DNA of 64,000 nt from assembly GCA_963695545.1 (NCBI GenBank), contig OY968796.1:3424001-3488000 (forward strand), read 5' to 3'. A program made the position numbers and the translations under genes. The notes under the pieces are model-generated. The model saw only the letters and a program-made list of their open reading frames with translations. It did not search any database and was not told where the DNA came from. The stretch's first letter is position 1, and each line of letters starts with the position of its first letter. Source of the stretch: Terriglobia bacterium. GTDB taxonomy: Bacteria > Acidobacteriota > Terriglobia > Acidiferrales > UBA7541. Below are positions 37,028 through 47,607 of this stretch, in pieces.

Positions 37028-39730
37028 CTATCGCTTGGACCTGCCGCGAGATTTCTTTGCGCGCTTTTCCTCGATCACCGCCTGGGCCGCCGCCAAACGC
37101 GCGATCGGCACGCGGTACGGCGATGCGCTCACATAGTTCATCCCCGCCGTATGGCAGAATTTCACGCTGTCCGCGTCGCCACCATGTTCGCCGCATATGC
37201 CGATCTTGAGCTTCGGCCGTGTCTTGCGCCCCCGGCCGATCGCCCAATCGATCAGCAAGCCGACTCCCGCAACGTCGAGCGTTTGGAACGGATCGGCCTT
37301 GAAGATGCCGGCCTTTTTCTCATCGACGTAGTCGGGCAAAAACCGGCCGGCATCGTCACGAGAAAGACCCATCACGGTTTGCGTCAGGTCGTTTGTGCCA
37401 AAGGAAAAGAACTCGGCGACTTCCGCGATTTGGTCCGCTAGCAGTGCCGCGCGCGGCAGCTCGATCATCGTGCCGACGAGATACTCGAGCTTCGCTCCAG
37501 CCTTTTTCAATACCTCACCTGCTACTCGATGTGTTGCGTCGGTGAGAATTTGCAACTCCTTACGATCGAGAATTAAGGGATGCATAATCTCAGGTAACAC
37601 TTTAATTCCAGATCTACGACATTCAACGGCGGCCTCGATGATCGCCGTGACTTGCATCTCGAGGATCTCTGGATAGGTGATCGAGAGGCGGCTTCCGCGA
37701 TGGCCTAGCATCGGGTTGGCCTCGCGCAATTGCTCCACGCGCCGCGCCACCACCTCCACAGGCACACCGATCTTGGCCGCCAACTCCTCCTGGTGTTCCC
37801 GATCGTGCGGCACGAATTCGTGCAGCGGCGGATCGAGCAAGCGGATGGTCACCGGAAAGCCATCCATCGCCGTGAAGATGCCGATGAAATCGCGTCGTTG
37901 AAACGGCAGCAATTTCGCCAGGGCTTTGCGCCGCGCTTCGGGGCTATCGGCAACGATCATTTCCTGGATCGCGAGTTGCCGGTCGATACTTTTCTCGGGC
38001 TGCTCGAAATCCTTGAAGAACATGTGCTCCGTACGGCAGAGCCCAATTCCCTGCGCGCCCATTTCGCGAGCCTTGCGCGCGTCGTGCGGCGTGTCGGCGT
38101 TGGTGCGCACGAGTAAGCGCCGCACTTTGTCGGTCCAGCCCATCAGCGTGCGATAGGAATCCGACAGCTCGGGAGTCACGAGCGGCACCTGGCCCTCGTA
38201 GACGGCGCCCTCGTTGCCGTCGAGCGTGATCCAATCGCCTTCGCGGACCACGTGCTCCCCGGCCTTCATGGTTTTCTGCGAGTAATCGATGTCCAGCTTT
38301 TCCGCCCCGACGATGCAACACTTGCCCCAACCGCGCGCGACGACCGCCGCGTGGCTGGTTTTCCCGCCGGTCGCCGTCAGAATTCCCTGCGCCACGAACA
38401 TTCCGCCTACGTCTTCGGGACTGGTTTCGCGCCGCACCAGAATCACTCGCTCGCCGCGCTTGGCCCACTCTTCGGCCTCGGGAGCGGTGAAGATCGCGCG
38501 CCCCACGGCCGCGCCAGGCACGGCATTGATTCCCTCGCCCAATTTGCGTTTGGCGAGTTCGGGGCGCGGCACTGACGCGTCGATCACCGGATAAAACAGA
38601 CGCTCGATGTCCTCGCCCTTGACGCGCTCGATCGCTTCGTCCTTTGAGATCAAACCCTCGTTCGCCATATCCACGGCCATCTTGAATGTCGCGGTCGGCG
38701 TGCGCTTGCCCACGCGCGTTTGCAACATGTAAAGCTTTCCTTCTTCAACGGTGAATTCCATGTCCTGCATGTCGCGGTAGTGGTGCTCGAGGATCCCGCG
38801 CACTTTTTCGAGCTGCCTGTAGATTTTCGGCATGCGCTTCGCCATGTCGTCCAAGTGCATCGGCGTACGGATGCCGGCAACCACGTCTTCGCCCTGCGCA
38901 TTGATCAGGAAATCTCCGTAGAAAACCTTCGCGCCCGTCGAAGGATCGCGCGTGAAGCACACACCGGTGCCGGAATTTTCGCCCGTGTTGCCAAACACCA
39001 TTTGTACGATGTTCACCGCCGTCCCAACCAAGCCCGTGATGTGCTCGACGCGGCGATAGGTGACCGCCTTTTCCGCCATCCACGATCCGAACACGGCGCC
39101 GATCGCGCCCCAAAGTTGTTCCTCAGGATCGTCCGGAAAATCCTCGCCTGTTTTCGACTTAAAGTATTTCTTGTACTCTTGAACGAGCTCGCGCCATCCT
39201 TCAGCAGGAACGGCTGTATCCTCCTTAATATTGCGTTTCGACTTCATCTCGCGCAGTTTGTCTTCAAGCTCCTCCTTGGGTAGGCCGATCACTACGCTCG
39301 AATACATCTGCACGAAGCGCCGGTAAGCGTCCCACGCGAAACGATCATCGCCGATGCTCTTCGCGAGGCCCTGCACCGAAGTGGGATTGAGCCCCAGGTT
39401 GAGAATCGTCTCCATCATTCCCGGCATGGATCGCGCGGAGCCGGAACGCACGCTGACCAGCAGCGGATCCTTGCCATCGCCGAGCTTCTTGCCCGTGGCG
39501 CGCTCAAGGCGCTGAATGTTCTTGCGCACTTCGGCCTTCAGACTCGTGGGGAATTTGCGGCCATGCTTGTAGTAGTAGTCGCAGCACTCTGTGGTGATCG
39601 TGAATCCCGCGGGGACCGGTAGCCCAATCCGCGTCATCTCTGCCAGCCCGGCGCCCTTGCCGCCGAGCAGATTCTTCATCTCTCCATCGCCCTCTGCCTT
39701 GCCTGCTCCAAAAAAGTAGACGAATTTCAC
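37028..39730 (-). CDS. ppdK: Pyruvate, phosphate dikinase
   Basis: LLGGKGAGL, SMPGMM, GGKTSHAAVVARG (phospho-His), FSFGTNDLTQ, GICGEHGG; GTG 39730 with RBS AAGGAG. Confidence 0.97.
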   Translation of the reverse strand: MKFVYFFGAGKAEGDGEMKNLLGGKGAGLAEMTRIGLPVPAGFTITTECCDYYYKHGRKFPTSLKAEVRKNIQRLERATGKKLGDGKDPLLVSVRSGSARSMPGMMETILNLGLNPTSVQGLAKSIGDDRFAWDAYRRFVQMYSSVVIGLPKEELEDKLREMKSKRNIKEDTAVPAEGWRELVQEYKKYFKSKTGEDFPDDPEEQLWGAIGAVFGSWMAEKAVTYRRVEHITGLVGTAVNIVQMVFGNTGENSGTGVCFTRDPSTGAKVFYGDFLINAQGEDVVAGIRTPMHLDDMAKRMPKIYRQLEKVRGILEHHYRDMQDMEFTVEEGKLYMLQTRVGKRTPTATFKMAVDMANEGLISKDEAIERVKGEDIERLFYPVIDASVPRPELAKRKLGEGINAVPGAAVGRAIFTAPEAEEWAKRGERVILVRRETSPEDVGGMFVAQGILTATGGKTSHAAVVARGWGKCCIVGAEKLDIDYSQKTMKAGEHVVREGDWITLDGNEGAVYEGQVPLVTPELSDSYRTLMGWTDKVRRLLVRTNADTPHDARKAREMGAQGIGLCRTEHMFFKDFEQPEKSIDRQLAIQEMIVADSPEARRKALAKLLPFQRRDFIGIFTAMDGFPVTIRLLDPPLHEFVPHDREHQEELAAKIGVPVEVVARRVEQLREANPMLGHRGSRLSITYPEILEMQVTAIIEAAVECRRSGIKVLPEIMHPLILDRKELQILTDATHRVAGEVLKKAGAKLEYLVGTMIELPRAALLADQIAEVAEFFSFGTNDLTQTVMGLSRDDAGRFLPDYVDEKKAGIFKADPFQTLDVAGVGLLIDWAIGRGRKTRPKLKIGICGEHGGDADSVKFCHTAGMNYVSASPYRVPIARLAAAQAVIEEKRAKKSRGRSKR

Positions 39731-39862
39731 TCTCGAGCTCCTTTTATAGTTATCGAAGTTTATTGCGCATTGCAATTTTGTTCCGCGCGCCGAATTGAGA
39801 ATTAAACATCAACTGATTTTTCGTCGGCGCGCCGACATCAAAAACTGAAACCTTAACTTTAG

Positions 39863-42007
39863 TTATTTCGATTGCCTCGGAACGATCTCCGAAAAATCCG
39901 CGATCGTTGAAAATTGTGCCAGCAGCTCCGCGAGCAGCGTCAAACGGTTCTTGCGTACCTCCGCGTCCTCAGACATCACCATCACGCCGTCAAAAAATCG
40001 ATCGACTGCGGGACGCAGCGTCGCAATTCGCTCCAGCGCCTCCCGATAATGCCGCGCGCGCTTTTCATTCTCCACCTCCCCAGATACTCGCGCCACAGCC
40101 GCGTACAATTCCTTCTCGGCGGGCTCGACGAATAGCTCCGGACGCACCGCCGGAAGACGCCAGCCGCTCGCTGGCCCGGCCTTCTCCAGAATTTTCCGGA
40201 TTCTCTTGAAGCTCACTGCCAGCGGCTCGAAATTCTTCGTGTCGCGGATGGCCTGCACGGATTCCATTCGCCGCAGCGCGTCCACCAAATCATCCGCACC
40301 AGCCGCAAGAGCGGCCTTGACCTCGTCATACGCGCCACCCCAGCGCTCTTCAAACGCATAACGCGCACGGTCCAAAAGAAAATCCAACACGCTGCGCTCA
40401 ACCTCTGGCGCGACTTCGATCCTCGGCGAGGACGATCCGAGAATCCGTGCCGCCTGCGCGACCGCGCCCGAAAGCGAAAGTGGCAGCTTGCGCTCTACCA
40501 CGATCTTGACGATGCCCGTGGCCGCGCGGCGCAAAGCAAAAGGATCGCTTGAACCTGTGGGCGCGAGGCCGACGGCGAAACACCCAACCAGCGTATCGAG
40601 CTTGTCCGCAAGCGAGACCGTGCACCCGGTGAGATTCCGTGGAATTTCATCGTCAAGCCCGACCGGCCGATAGTGATCGCGGACTGCTTCGGAAATTTCC
40701 TGAGGTTCTCCTTGAGCTTTCGCATAGAGCCCGCCGACAACTCCCTGCAGCTCCGGGAACTCCCCAACCATTTGCGTGACGAGGTCACACTTTGCAAGTT
40801 CAGCGGCGCGATCCACACCTGCGACGCTCGCTTCATGAATTCCTTGCGCGAACCACTGATCGGCAATCCATCGCGCGAGCGCGCGGACGCGTTCGACTTT
40901 CTGCGCGTAGCTTCCAAGTTTTTCTTGAAATGTTACTTGAGCAAGTCTCGGGAGATTGTCGGCCAGCCGACATTTCTGATCGGCCTCCCAGAAAAATCGT
41001 GCGTCGGCAAATCGTGCGCGGAGCACGCGCTCATGGCCGGCGCGAATCAATCCCGCGCGATCACGGTCCAGATTGATCACGGCGAGGAAGCCGGGCGCAA
41101 GGCTGCCGTCGCGCCGATCCAGCGCGAAATATTTCTGATGGTCGCGCATCACCGTGGTCAGGATTTCCCGCGGCAGATCGAGGTAGCCGGGATCGAAGTT
41201 CCCTGCAATCACCGTTGGGTATTCATTAAGATAGACCACCGCGTTCAGCAGCGCGGGATCGTGATGCAACTTGGCGCCTTCGCGCTTTGCGAGGCGCTCG
41301 AGTTCGGATTCAATCTTGCGTTGGCGATCCTCCGGACGCGCGAGAACGAAGTTCGATCGCAATCGCGCGACGTAATCCTTCGGGCCGCGCAAAACGATCT
41401 TTGACTTTCCCAGGAAGCGATGGCCGGATGTCAGGTTCCCAGCCGCGATGCCAGCCAGATCGAAACGCACAACTTTGCCGTCGAGCAGCGCCACAATCCA
41501 ACGAACCGGTCGAATGAAGTGCAGCCCCGCTATCCCAGTCCAGTACATCGTGCGCGGCCACGGAATCTGAGCGATCACTTGCGGCAACAGTTCTGCGAGA
41601 ATTTCTTGGGCCGCGCGTCCTCGCGTGATTTTCTTTACCGCCAGACATTCCCCGCGCGGCGTGTCGACCAGAAATAATTTGCTGACGGAGACGCCTTGTT
41701 TCTCCGCGAAGCTCGTCGCCGCGCGTGTCGGCGCGCCGACTGAATCGTACGCCACCGATTTCGGTGGACCGACAATCTCGCGCTCTTCATCAGGCTGACG
41801 GAGCAGAACCGAAGAACACGCCGCAGCAATTCTTCGCGGCGCTGCGAATGTTTCGATGCGCGATTCATCGGCAATCGGATCAATCAATCGATGGGCCGGT
41901 AAATATTTCTCAAGTAGCGCTTTAAATTCTGCCGTGGCCAGCGCAATCATTCCGGCGGGAATCTCTTCGCAGCCAATCTCGATCAGAAGATCCCCGCGCG
42001 TTTTCAT
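39863..42007 (-). CDS. glyS: Glycine--tRNA ligase beta subunit
   Basis: [49 protein letters not shown]. Confidence 0.96.
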   Translation of the reverse strand: MKTRGDLLIEIGCEEIPAGMIALATAEFKALLEKYLPAHRLIDPIADESRIETFAAPRRIAAACSSVLLRQPDEEREIVGPPKSVAYDSVGAPTRAATSFAEKQGVSVSKLFLVDTPRGECLAVKKITRGRAAQEILAELLPQVIAQIPWPRTMYWTGIAGLHFIRPVRWIVALLDGKVVRFDLAGIAAGNLTSGHRFLGKSKIVLRGPKDYVARLRSNFVLARPEDRQRKIESELERLAKREGAKLHHDPALLNAVVYLNEYPTVIAGNFDPGYLDLPREILTTVMRDHQKYFALDRRDGSLAPGFLAVINLDRDRAGLIRAGHERVLRARFADARFFWEADQKCRLADNLPRLAQVTFQEKLGSYAQKVERVRALARWIADQWFAQGIHEASVAGVDRAAELAKCDLVTQMVGEFPELQGVVGGLYAKAQGEPQEISEAVRDHYRPVGLDDEIPRNLTGCTVSLADKLDTLVGCFAVGLAPTGSSDPFALRRAATGIVKIVVERKLPLSLSGAVAQAARILGSSSPRIEVAPEVERSVLDFLLDRARYAFEERWGGAYDEVKAALAAGADDLVDALRRMESVQAIRDTKNFEPLAVSFKRIRKILEKAGPASGWRLPAVRPELFVEPAEKELYAAVARVSGEVENEKRARHYREALERIATLRPAVDRFFDGVMVMSEDAEVRKNRLTLLAELLAQFSTIADFSEIVPRQSK

Positions 42008-42951
42008 AAGGAGACCTCGCCGGATTCTGCGGTCGCAGGCTTTCGCTGATCGAGATACGCCGCCGCCACGCGACACGCGAGTTGCCGCACGCGTCCCATC
42101 AATTGCGCGCGCTCGGTTGTCGAGATCACGCCGCGCGCGTCGAGCACATTAAACAGATTGGAGCACTTGAGGCACTGGTCGTACGCGGCCAGCACCGGAA
42201 AACGGCGCTTCCCTTCCGCGTCTTCTTTCGCGTAGGCATCGAGCAGTCGCGCCGCTTCTTTCTCGTGCAACTCGAACAGGCGCCGCGTGATCGTAGGGTC
42301 GGCCCAATCGAAGTTGTAGGCTGAAAATTGCTGCTCCTCGGCAAGACGAACCTGGCCGTAGGTGGAATCATCCGACCAGCGCACCTCATAAACATTATCC
42401 ACATCTTGAAGGTAGGCGGCGATGCGATCGAGTCCATACGTCAGCTCGACCGAGACCGGATCGAGATCGATGCCGCCGCACTGCTGGAAATATGTGAACT
42501 GCGTGATCTCCAGGCCATCGAGCAGCACTTGCCAGCCCAATCCCCACGCTCCCAGCGTGGGAGATTCCCAGTTATCTTCCTCGAATCGAATGTCATGATC
42601 CGCTAGCCGAATCCCCATCGCGCTCAGGCTCTCGAGATAGAGATTTTGAATGTCCGCCGGAGCGGGCTTAAGGATTACCTGCATTTGATGGTGCTTGAAC
42701 AATCGATTGGGATTTTCACCGTAGCGCCCATCCGCGGGGCGCCGGCTGGGTTGCACGTACGCCACGCGATATGGCTCGGGTCCCAGAACGCGAAGAAATG
42801 TCTCCGGGTGCATCGTACCCGCGCCCACTTCCACATCGTAGGGTTGCTGCAGCACGCACCCGCGCTCGGCCCAGAATCTTTCTAGATTAAGGATCAGCGA
42901 TTGAAACGTGAGGCCCTTGGGCGATGTCTTATGTTTTACTTTAGCTTTCAA
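42004..42951 (-). CDS. glyQ: Glycine--tRNA ligase alpha subunit
   Basis: [43 protein letters not shown]. Start uncertain (TTG 42951 or 42999). Confidence 0.97.
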   Translation of the reverse strand: MKAKVKHKTSPKGLTFQSLILNLERFWAERGCVLQQPYDVEVGAGTMHPETFLRVLGPEPYRVAYVQPSRRPADGRYGENPNRLFKHHQMQVILKPAPADIQNLYLESLSAMGIRLADHDIRFEEDNWESPTLGAWGLGWQVLLDGLEITQFTYFQQCGGIDLDPVSVELTYGLDRIAAYLQDVDNVYEVRWSDDSTYGQVRLAEEQQFSAYNFDWADPTITRRLFELHEKEAARLLDAYAKEDAEGKRRFPVLAAYDQCLKCSNLFNVLDARGVISTTERAQLMGRVRQLACRVAAAYLDQRKPATAESGEVSL

Positions 42952-42995
42952 ATCGTCCTTCTTCTTGGAGTTTTTCCAGGGCTTCGTGGCCCAAT

Positions 42996-43757
42996 TCAAT
43001 TTCTCCCAGCGGGATCTTCGCCACGGTCAAGGAATCGCCGCGAGTTCAAGTGTTTCTCGATGTGGCTCTCAATCAAATCAAGCATAGCTCCCGTCACTTG
43101 ACGCGCCACGGCCCCGGCTACGTTCGCTTCGGCAAGCTCGCCGAGATTCACGCGAACCGCGCGCCGCACAAAATCCATTCCCGTTGCCGAGATCTCGCGC
43201 GCGCCCGGAGGACGGCAGTTCGCGCAGGCGAGTCCTCCGAGCACGACGTCGAGATACGCCGGCGCGCCCGCGAGCGAGGCGCCGCAAGTCGAGCAACGAT
43301 CGAGGGGCGGAAGCCAGCCGCCAAGACGCACAGTCCACACCGCGAAATAAGCCAGCGGCAACCACGCGTCCTCATTTGTTCGCACGCCGCGCGCCGCGAG
43401 CAACAGCAATCGAAACTGGGCCTCAGCCGGTTCGCGCTCGCCAAGCACGGCTTCCGTAACTTCACTCATGAGCGCGAGGACCACACCCTTGGCGTAATCC
43501 TGCTGCACATCGAGAAAAGATTCGATCAGCTCGCACTGTTGCACGCGCACCAGGTCGCGCGTTTCGCGCTCGTAAAACCAAATGCGCACGTGAGAGAGCG
43601 TCTCTAGGCTCGCACCGAATCGGCTTTTGGGTTTGCGCGCTCCCTGCGCTACTCCCTTGAGCCGCCCTACCGAGCGCGATAAGAAACTCACAATGCGGTC
43701 ACCTTCGCTCAACGGAAAGCTGCGAAGAATTATCGCCTCGGACTCAACGATTGGCAT
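42996..43757 (-). CDS. recO: DNA repair protein RecO
   Basis: N-terminal OB fold (EGDRIV…GARKPKSRF), Zn ribbon CSTC…CANC; upstream of glyQS. Confidence 0.93.
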   Translation of the reverse strand: MPIVESEAIILRSFPLSEGDRIVSFLSRSVGRLKGVAQGARKPKSRFGASLETLSHVRIWFYERETRDLVRVQQCELIESFLDVQQDYAKGVVLALMSEVTEAVLGEREPAEAQFRLLLLAARGVRTNEDAWLPLAYFAVWTVRLGGWLPPLDRCSTCGASLAGAPAYLDVVLGGLACANCRPPGAREISATGMDFVRRAVRVNLGELAEANVAGAVARQVTGAMLDLIESHIEKHLNSRRFLDRGEDPAGRN

Positions 43758-43963
43758 CCGCGTGTCGGCGCGCCGACGATGTCTCCCGGTTCCACGGCAG
43801 CGTCACATTGCGCGCATCGAACCGTTTTACTTACCATAGCATTCGGGCCGGCGCAATTGCGAATCTCAGCTGAAATTTTCGCCGGCGAATTTCACCGGAA
43901 AATTTCATCGGCGCGCGATTCATTTCATCTTGCATTCCAGCATGCGTCGCATAGAGTAGCTTC

Positions 43964-44935
43964 GTGCCCAACGAATTTCCAATCGTCGATGTGGTCGGCG
44001 TCGGCTTGAACGCCACGGACACGCTGATTCGCGTGCCGCACTTCCCTGCGCTTGATTCCAAGGTCCGTTTAATCGAAGCCGTCACGCGCGCGGGCGGCGA
44101 AGTGGCGTCGGCCCTCGTGGCCTGCGAGCGATGGGGGTTGCGCACGCGCTACATCGGAAAAATTGGCGACGACACCGCCGGCGAATTGCAGCGCGAGGAA
44201 TTCGCGCGCGCCGGAGTCGAGGCCCACCTCACGGTCGTCCCAAATTGCCAGAGCCAATCCTCTTTTATTCTCGTTGACGATGCGACCGGGGAACGCACGA
44301 TTATCTGGCAGCGCGACCCGCGCATCGAGATTACGCCGGAGGATATCGATCGCCATGCCGTGATGCGCGCGCGATTGCTGCACGTCACCGGCTCGAGCAC
44401 CGCCACGATGTCGCTCGCCGCGAAATGGGCGCACCAAGCCGGAATCCCCGTAACATTGGACGTCGACAACGTTTATCCAGGAGTTGAAGTATTACTTGAG
44501 GATGTAGATTATCTGATTTCCTCGCGCACTTTCCCCGCAAAACTCACCGGCGAGTCCGATGTTTTCACTTCTCTTCCGTTGATGGCGAAAAAGTTCGGCT
44601 CACGCCTCGTCGCCGCCACGTTAGGACGAGAAGGCGTGCTCGCCTGGACCGAATCCCGCTTTCACTACTGCCCCGCGATTCGCGTCCCCACACTCGACAC
44701 CACTGGCGCAGGAGACATTTTCCATGGCGCCTTTATTTTTGGCCTGCTCGAAAGCTGGCCCCTCGATCGCGTTCTCGACTTCGCCTGCGCGGCAGCGGCC
44801 CTCAACTGCACCGCGCTCGGCGCGCGCGCCGGAATCGGCTCGCTTGAAGAAATCGAACGCCTCCGACGCGAAGGCGAGCGTTACCCTCTCGCGTTCACTT
44901 CATCAGATTTGCAAGCCGCCAGGAGCGCGCCTTGA
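43964..44935 (+). CDS. PfkB family carbohydrate kinase
   Basis: GG…GKIGDD, TGERTI, DTTGAGDIFHGAF. Confidence 0.92.
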   Translation: MPNEFPIVDVVGVGLNATDTLIRVPHFPALDSKVRLIEAVTRAGGEVASALVACERWGLRTRYIGKIGDDTAGELQREEFARAGVEAHLTVVPNCQSQSSFILVDDATGERTIIWQRDPRIEITPEDIDRHAVMRARLLHVTGSSTATMSLAAKWAHQAGIPVTLDVDNVYPGVEVLLEDVDYLISSRTFPAKLTGESDVFTSLPLMAKKFGSRLVAATLGREGVLAWTESRFHYCPAIRVPTLDTTGAGDIFHGAFIFGLLESWPLDRVLDFACAAAALNCTALGARAGIGSLEEIERLRREGERYPLAFTSSDLQAARSAP

Positions 44936-45633
44936 TCCCGCTCAAATCGGACATTCCGCTCCTGACCTTCCCCGTAATGAATGTTCTCCTGATCGTGACG
45001 AACGTCCTGGCGTTCCTCTATGAGCTTTCGCTTTCGCCGCGCGCTGGCAATCGCCTGATCTTTGAGTTCGGTTTGATCCCGGCGCGCTTCGATATGCTGA
45101 TCGAGCCCACGCGCCACGCGCACGCGGCGCTCGGGCCAACCATCCTTCCGCTGCTCACCTGCATGTTCCTGCACGCTGGCTGGCTGCATCTGCTCGGCAA
45201 CATGCTTTTCCTCTGGGTTTTCGGCGGCAGCGTCGAAGACCGCATGGGCCATTTCGCTTACCTTGTGTTCTACCTGGTCTGTGGCTTGGGTGCGGGTGTA
45301 GTGCACACGGCGTTCAATTGGGGATCGACGGTCCCTACCATCGGCGCCAGCGGAGCGATTTCCGGCGTAATGGGCGCGTACATCATTCTGTTCCCGCGCT
45401 CGCGCATCCTCACTCTGGTTCCGTTACTGATATTATTTTTCTTCTGGCGCATTCCCGCGGTGCTGATGCTCGGCTATTGGTTCGTGATTCAATTCGTCAG
45501 CGGCCTAAACGCACTCGGCGGCGCCGATCAGGGCGGAGTCGCGGTCTGGGCTCACGTCGGCGGCTTTGTATTGGGAGCGCTGATTGTGCTGATTCTCGGA
45601 CTGAGGCGCGCGCCGAGCCCGACGTATTCTTAG
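44932..45633 (+). CDS. Rhomboid intramembrane serine protease
   Basis: FLHAGWLHLLGNM, GASG (Ser), AHVGG (His); overlaps the pfkB stop. Confidence 0.93.
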   Translation: MIPLKSDIPLLTFPVMNVLLIVTNVLAFLYELSLSPRAGNRLIFEFGLIPARFDMLIEPTRHAHAALGPTILPLLTCMFLHAGWLHLLGNMLFLWVFGGSVEDRMGHFAYLVFYLVCGLGAGVVHTAFNWGSTVPTIGASGAISGVMGAYIILFPRSRILTLVPLLILFFFWRIPAVLMLGYWFVIQFVSGLNALGGADQGGVAVWAHVGGFVLGALIVLILGLRRAPSPTYS

Positions 45634-45657
45634 TCGACAACGTGCGGCTTAGAGGTT

Positions 45658-46764
45658 TTATTCGAGCACGACCTTGCGCACCGTGCGCCGCTCGATGGCA
45701 TCGACGCGCGGCTCGAATCCAATCCCCGGCCCCGAAGGGACGCGGATCGTTCCCTGCCGCGTCACCTCGACTTCCGGCTCGATGATGTCCTCTTCCCAAT
45801 AACGCCGGCTGGCCGTCACATCTCCCGGCAGCGAAAAATTCGGCAGCGTCGAAAGCGCGATATTGTGCGCGCGTCCGATGCCCGACTCCAGCATTCCGCC
45901 GCACCACACCGGAATCTGCAGCGCCTGGCACAAATCGTGAATCCGCCGCGCCGGAGTGTATCCGCCAACGCGCCCGAGCTTCATGTTGATGATCCGGCAG
46001 GCGCCGAGATCGATGGCAGCGCGCGCATGTTCCTCGCTGTGAATGCATTCATCGAGACAAATCGGCGTCTGCAGCAGCCGCTGCAACGCGACGTGACTGT
46101 AAAGGTCGTCCCAACCCAGCGGCTGCTCGATCATCATCAAGTAGTAAGGCTCGAGGCTCTGAAGCAGCGGCGCGTCTTCGGCGCGGTACGCCGAATTCGC
46201 ATCTACCATCAGCCGAATTTTTGGAAATCGCTCGCGCAGCCGCGCCACCGGCGCGACATCGTTTCCCGGCTTGATTTTGATCTTGATTCGCTGATAACCG
46301 GCGGCCAACTCGCGCTCGACGGTGGATTCAAGTTCATCGAGCGTCGCCTTGATCCCAATCGAAACGCCGCAAGCGATCTCCTCGCGCACGCCGCCGATGT
46401 GCCGCCACAGCGGCACTCCGTTGCGCCGCGCCTCAGCGTCCCAGATCGCCGCTTCCACGCCGCCCTTGGCCATGTTGTGCCCGCGCACCGGCCCGAGCAG
46501 CGCCCAAACATCGCCCGCGCGTTCAAATTCCGTCTTGCGCAAAATCGGCCAAAGAAAGCCTTCGATAATCAGCCACGCCGTATCGATCGTCTCCGGCGAA
46601 TAAAAAGGCCCTTCGCCCGCCACGCATTCGCCCCAGCCGATCGCGCCATCCACTTCGACTTCAAGTAGCAGGATGCGCCGATCCGTCGTGAGTCCAAAGC
46701 TGGTCTCGAACGGCGTCACCAGCCGCGTGCGGATCTCGCGCAAAGTCAGTCGTCGCAGTTTCAT
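45658..46764 (-). CDS. menC: o-succinylbenzoate synthase / N-succinylamino acid racemase (NSAR/OSBS subfamily)
   Basis: PFETSFG, RIKIKI (KxK), VDANSAY, IEQPL, LDE, WCGGMLESGIGR, LPGD. Confidence 0.9.
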   Translation of the reverse strand: MKLRRLTLREIRTRLVTPFETSFGLTTDRRILLLEVEVDGAIGWGECVAGEGPFYSPETIDTAWLIIEGFLWPILRKTEFERAGDVWALLGPVRGHNMAKGGVEAAIWDAEARRNGVPLWRHIGGVREEIACGVSIGIKATLDELESTVERELAAGYQRIKIKIKPGNDVAPVARLRERFPKIRLMVDANSAYRAEDAPLLQSLEPYYLMMIEQPLGWDDLYSHVALQRLLQTPICLDECIHSEEHARAAIDLGACRIINMKLGRVGGYTPARRIHDLCQALQIPVWCGGMLESGIGRAHNIALSTLPNFSLPGDVTASRRYWEEDIIEPEVEVTRQGTIRVPSGPGIGFEPRVDAIERRTVRKVVLE

Positions 46765-46821
46765 GGTTTTATTTTATTGTCCGCGTGTACCGATCACGTC
46801 CGGAGCCGACACTGCCGAGCC

Positions 46822-47607
46822 TTAGATTTTCTCGAGAACATAATCGGCGCCGCTCTCGTCGCGCTCAAGCCCCGTGGCCACCCAGCCGCGCGCAAATAAT
46901 CGCGCAAACTGCTCGCGAATTTCGGTTTGCGTACGCAGCGCCTCGCCTCGGTCCGAGCGCTTCCATTCGTCCAATTGCCCCGGCACGTGAATGCGTTCCA
47001 CCGGATTCTTGCGTTTGTACACTGCCGCACCCGCAGCGCCGGCCGCAATCGTCCCCCGCACGCGCGGTGAAGCCAAATGCCATTCCGCAAGCAGCCGGTC
47101 GGTTGGCAAGCCGCCGTGCAGCGGGCTGCTCGTGATGCCGTAAAGATTCGGAAAAATTCGCCGCGCGATGGCGCCAAGACGCACCAGATTGAAATAGCCG
47201 TTTTTCACCTGGAGCGGATCGAAGGTCCACTCAATCAACTTAATCCCGCGCGAGAGCGCGTCTTCGCGTTGCAATTCCTTAAGCTTCCCGCCCACACCGA
47301 AGTTGCGATAGCGCTCGAGCACCGCGGTCATGTGCGAGAAAAGCAAAGGCCGCCCGTCGCGGTATCCGGCCACGGCCAGCGTGAAGCCGATCATCTCGTC
47401 GCCATCAAATGCGCCCAACACCTGTCCGCCGGTCTTTTGCGCCACGACGAACAGCGGCACCGGCACGGCATCCTTATCTTGAAATCCCCAGGCCTGGCGC
47501 TGCAAATCGAGGCATCGCTCGCATTCCGCCAGACTGTGGCAGTGGCGCACGCGAATTTCAGGTCCGCTTGCGCGCGGCGGGTGCACGACACTCGATCGGC
47601 GTCTCAC
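46822..47607 (-). CDS. GNAT acyltransferase of the NSAR-associated type
   Basis: SHMTAV…GVGGKLK, WTFDPLQVKNGYFN, LYG…LHGGLPTDRL. GTG 47607 overlaps the mazG stop (GTGA). Confidence 0.85.
   Translation of the reverse strand: MRRRSSVVHPPRASGPEIRVRHCHSLAECERCLDLQRQAWGFQDKDAVPVPLFVVAQKTGGQVLGAFDGDEMIGFTLAVAGYRDGRPLLFSHMTAVLERYRNFGVGGKLKELQREDALSRGIKLIEWTFDPLQVKNGYFNLVRLGAIARRIFPNLYGITSSPLHGGLPTDRLLAEWHLASPRVRGTIAAGAAGAAVYKRKNPVERIHVPGQLDEWKRSDRGEALRTQTEIREQFARLFARGWVATGLERDESGADYVLEKI

Noticed and set aside
39771..39786. Sigma54 promoter for ppdK
   Set aside because: GG-to-GC spacing is 9 nt, not the required 10.
42395..42403. DnaA box TTATCCACA as evidence for oriC
   Set aside because: Single copy inside the glyQ coding sequence; no cluster, unwinding element or dnaA.
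45658..46764. Menaquinone biosynthesis operon
   Set aside because: No other men genes nearby; the GNAT neighbour points to the racemase role.
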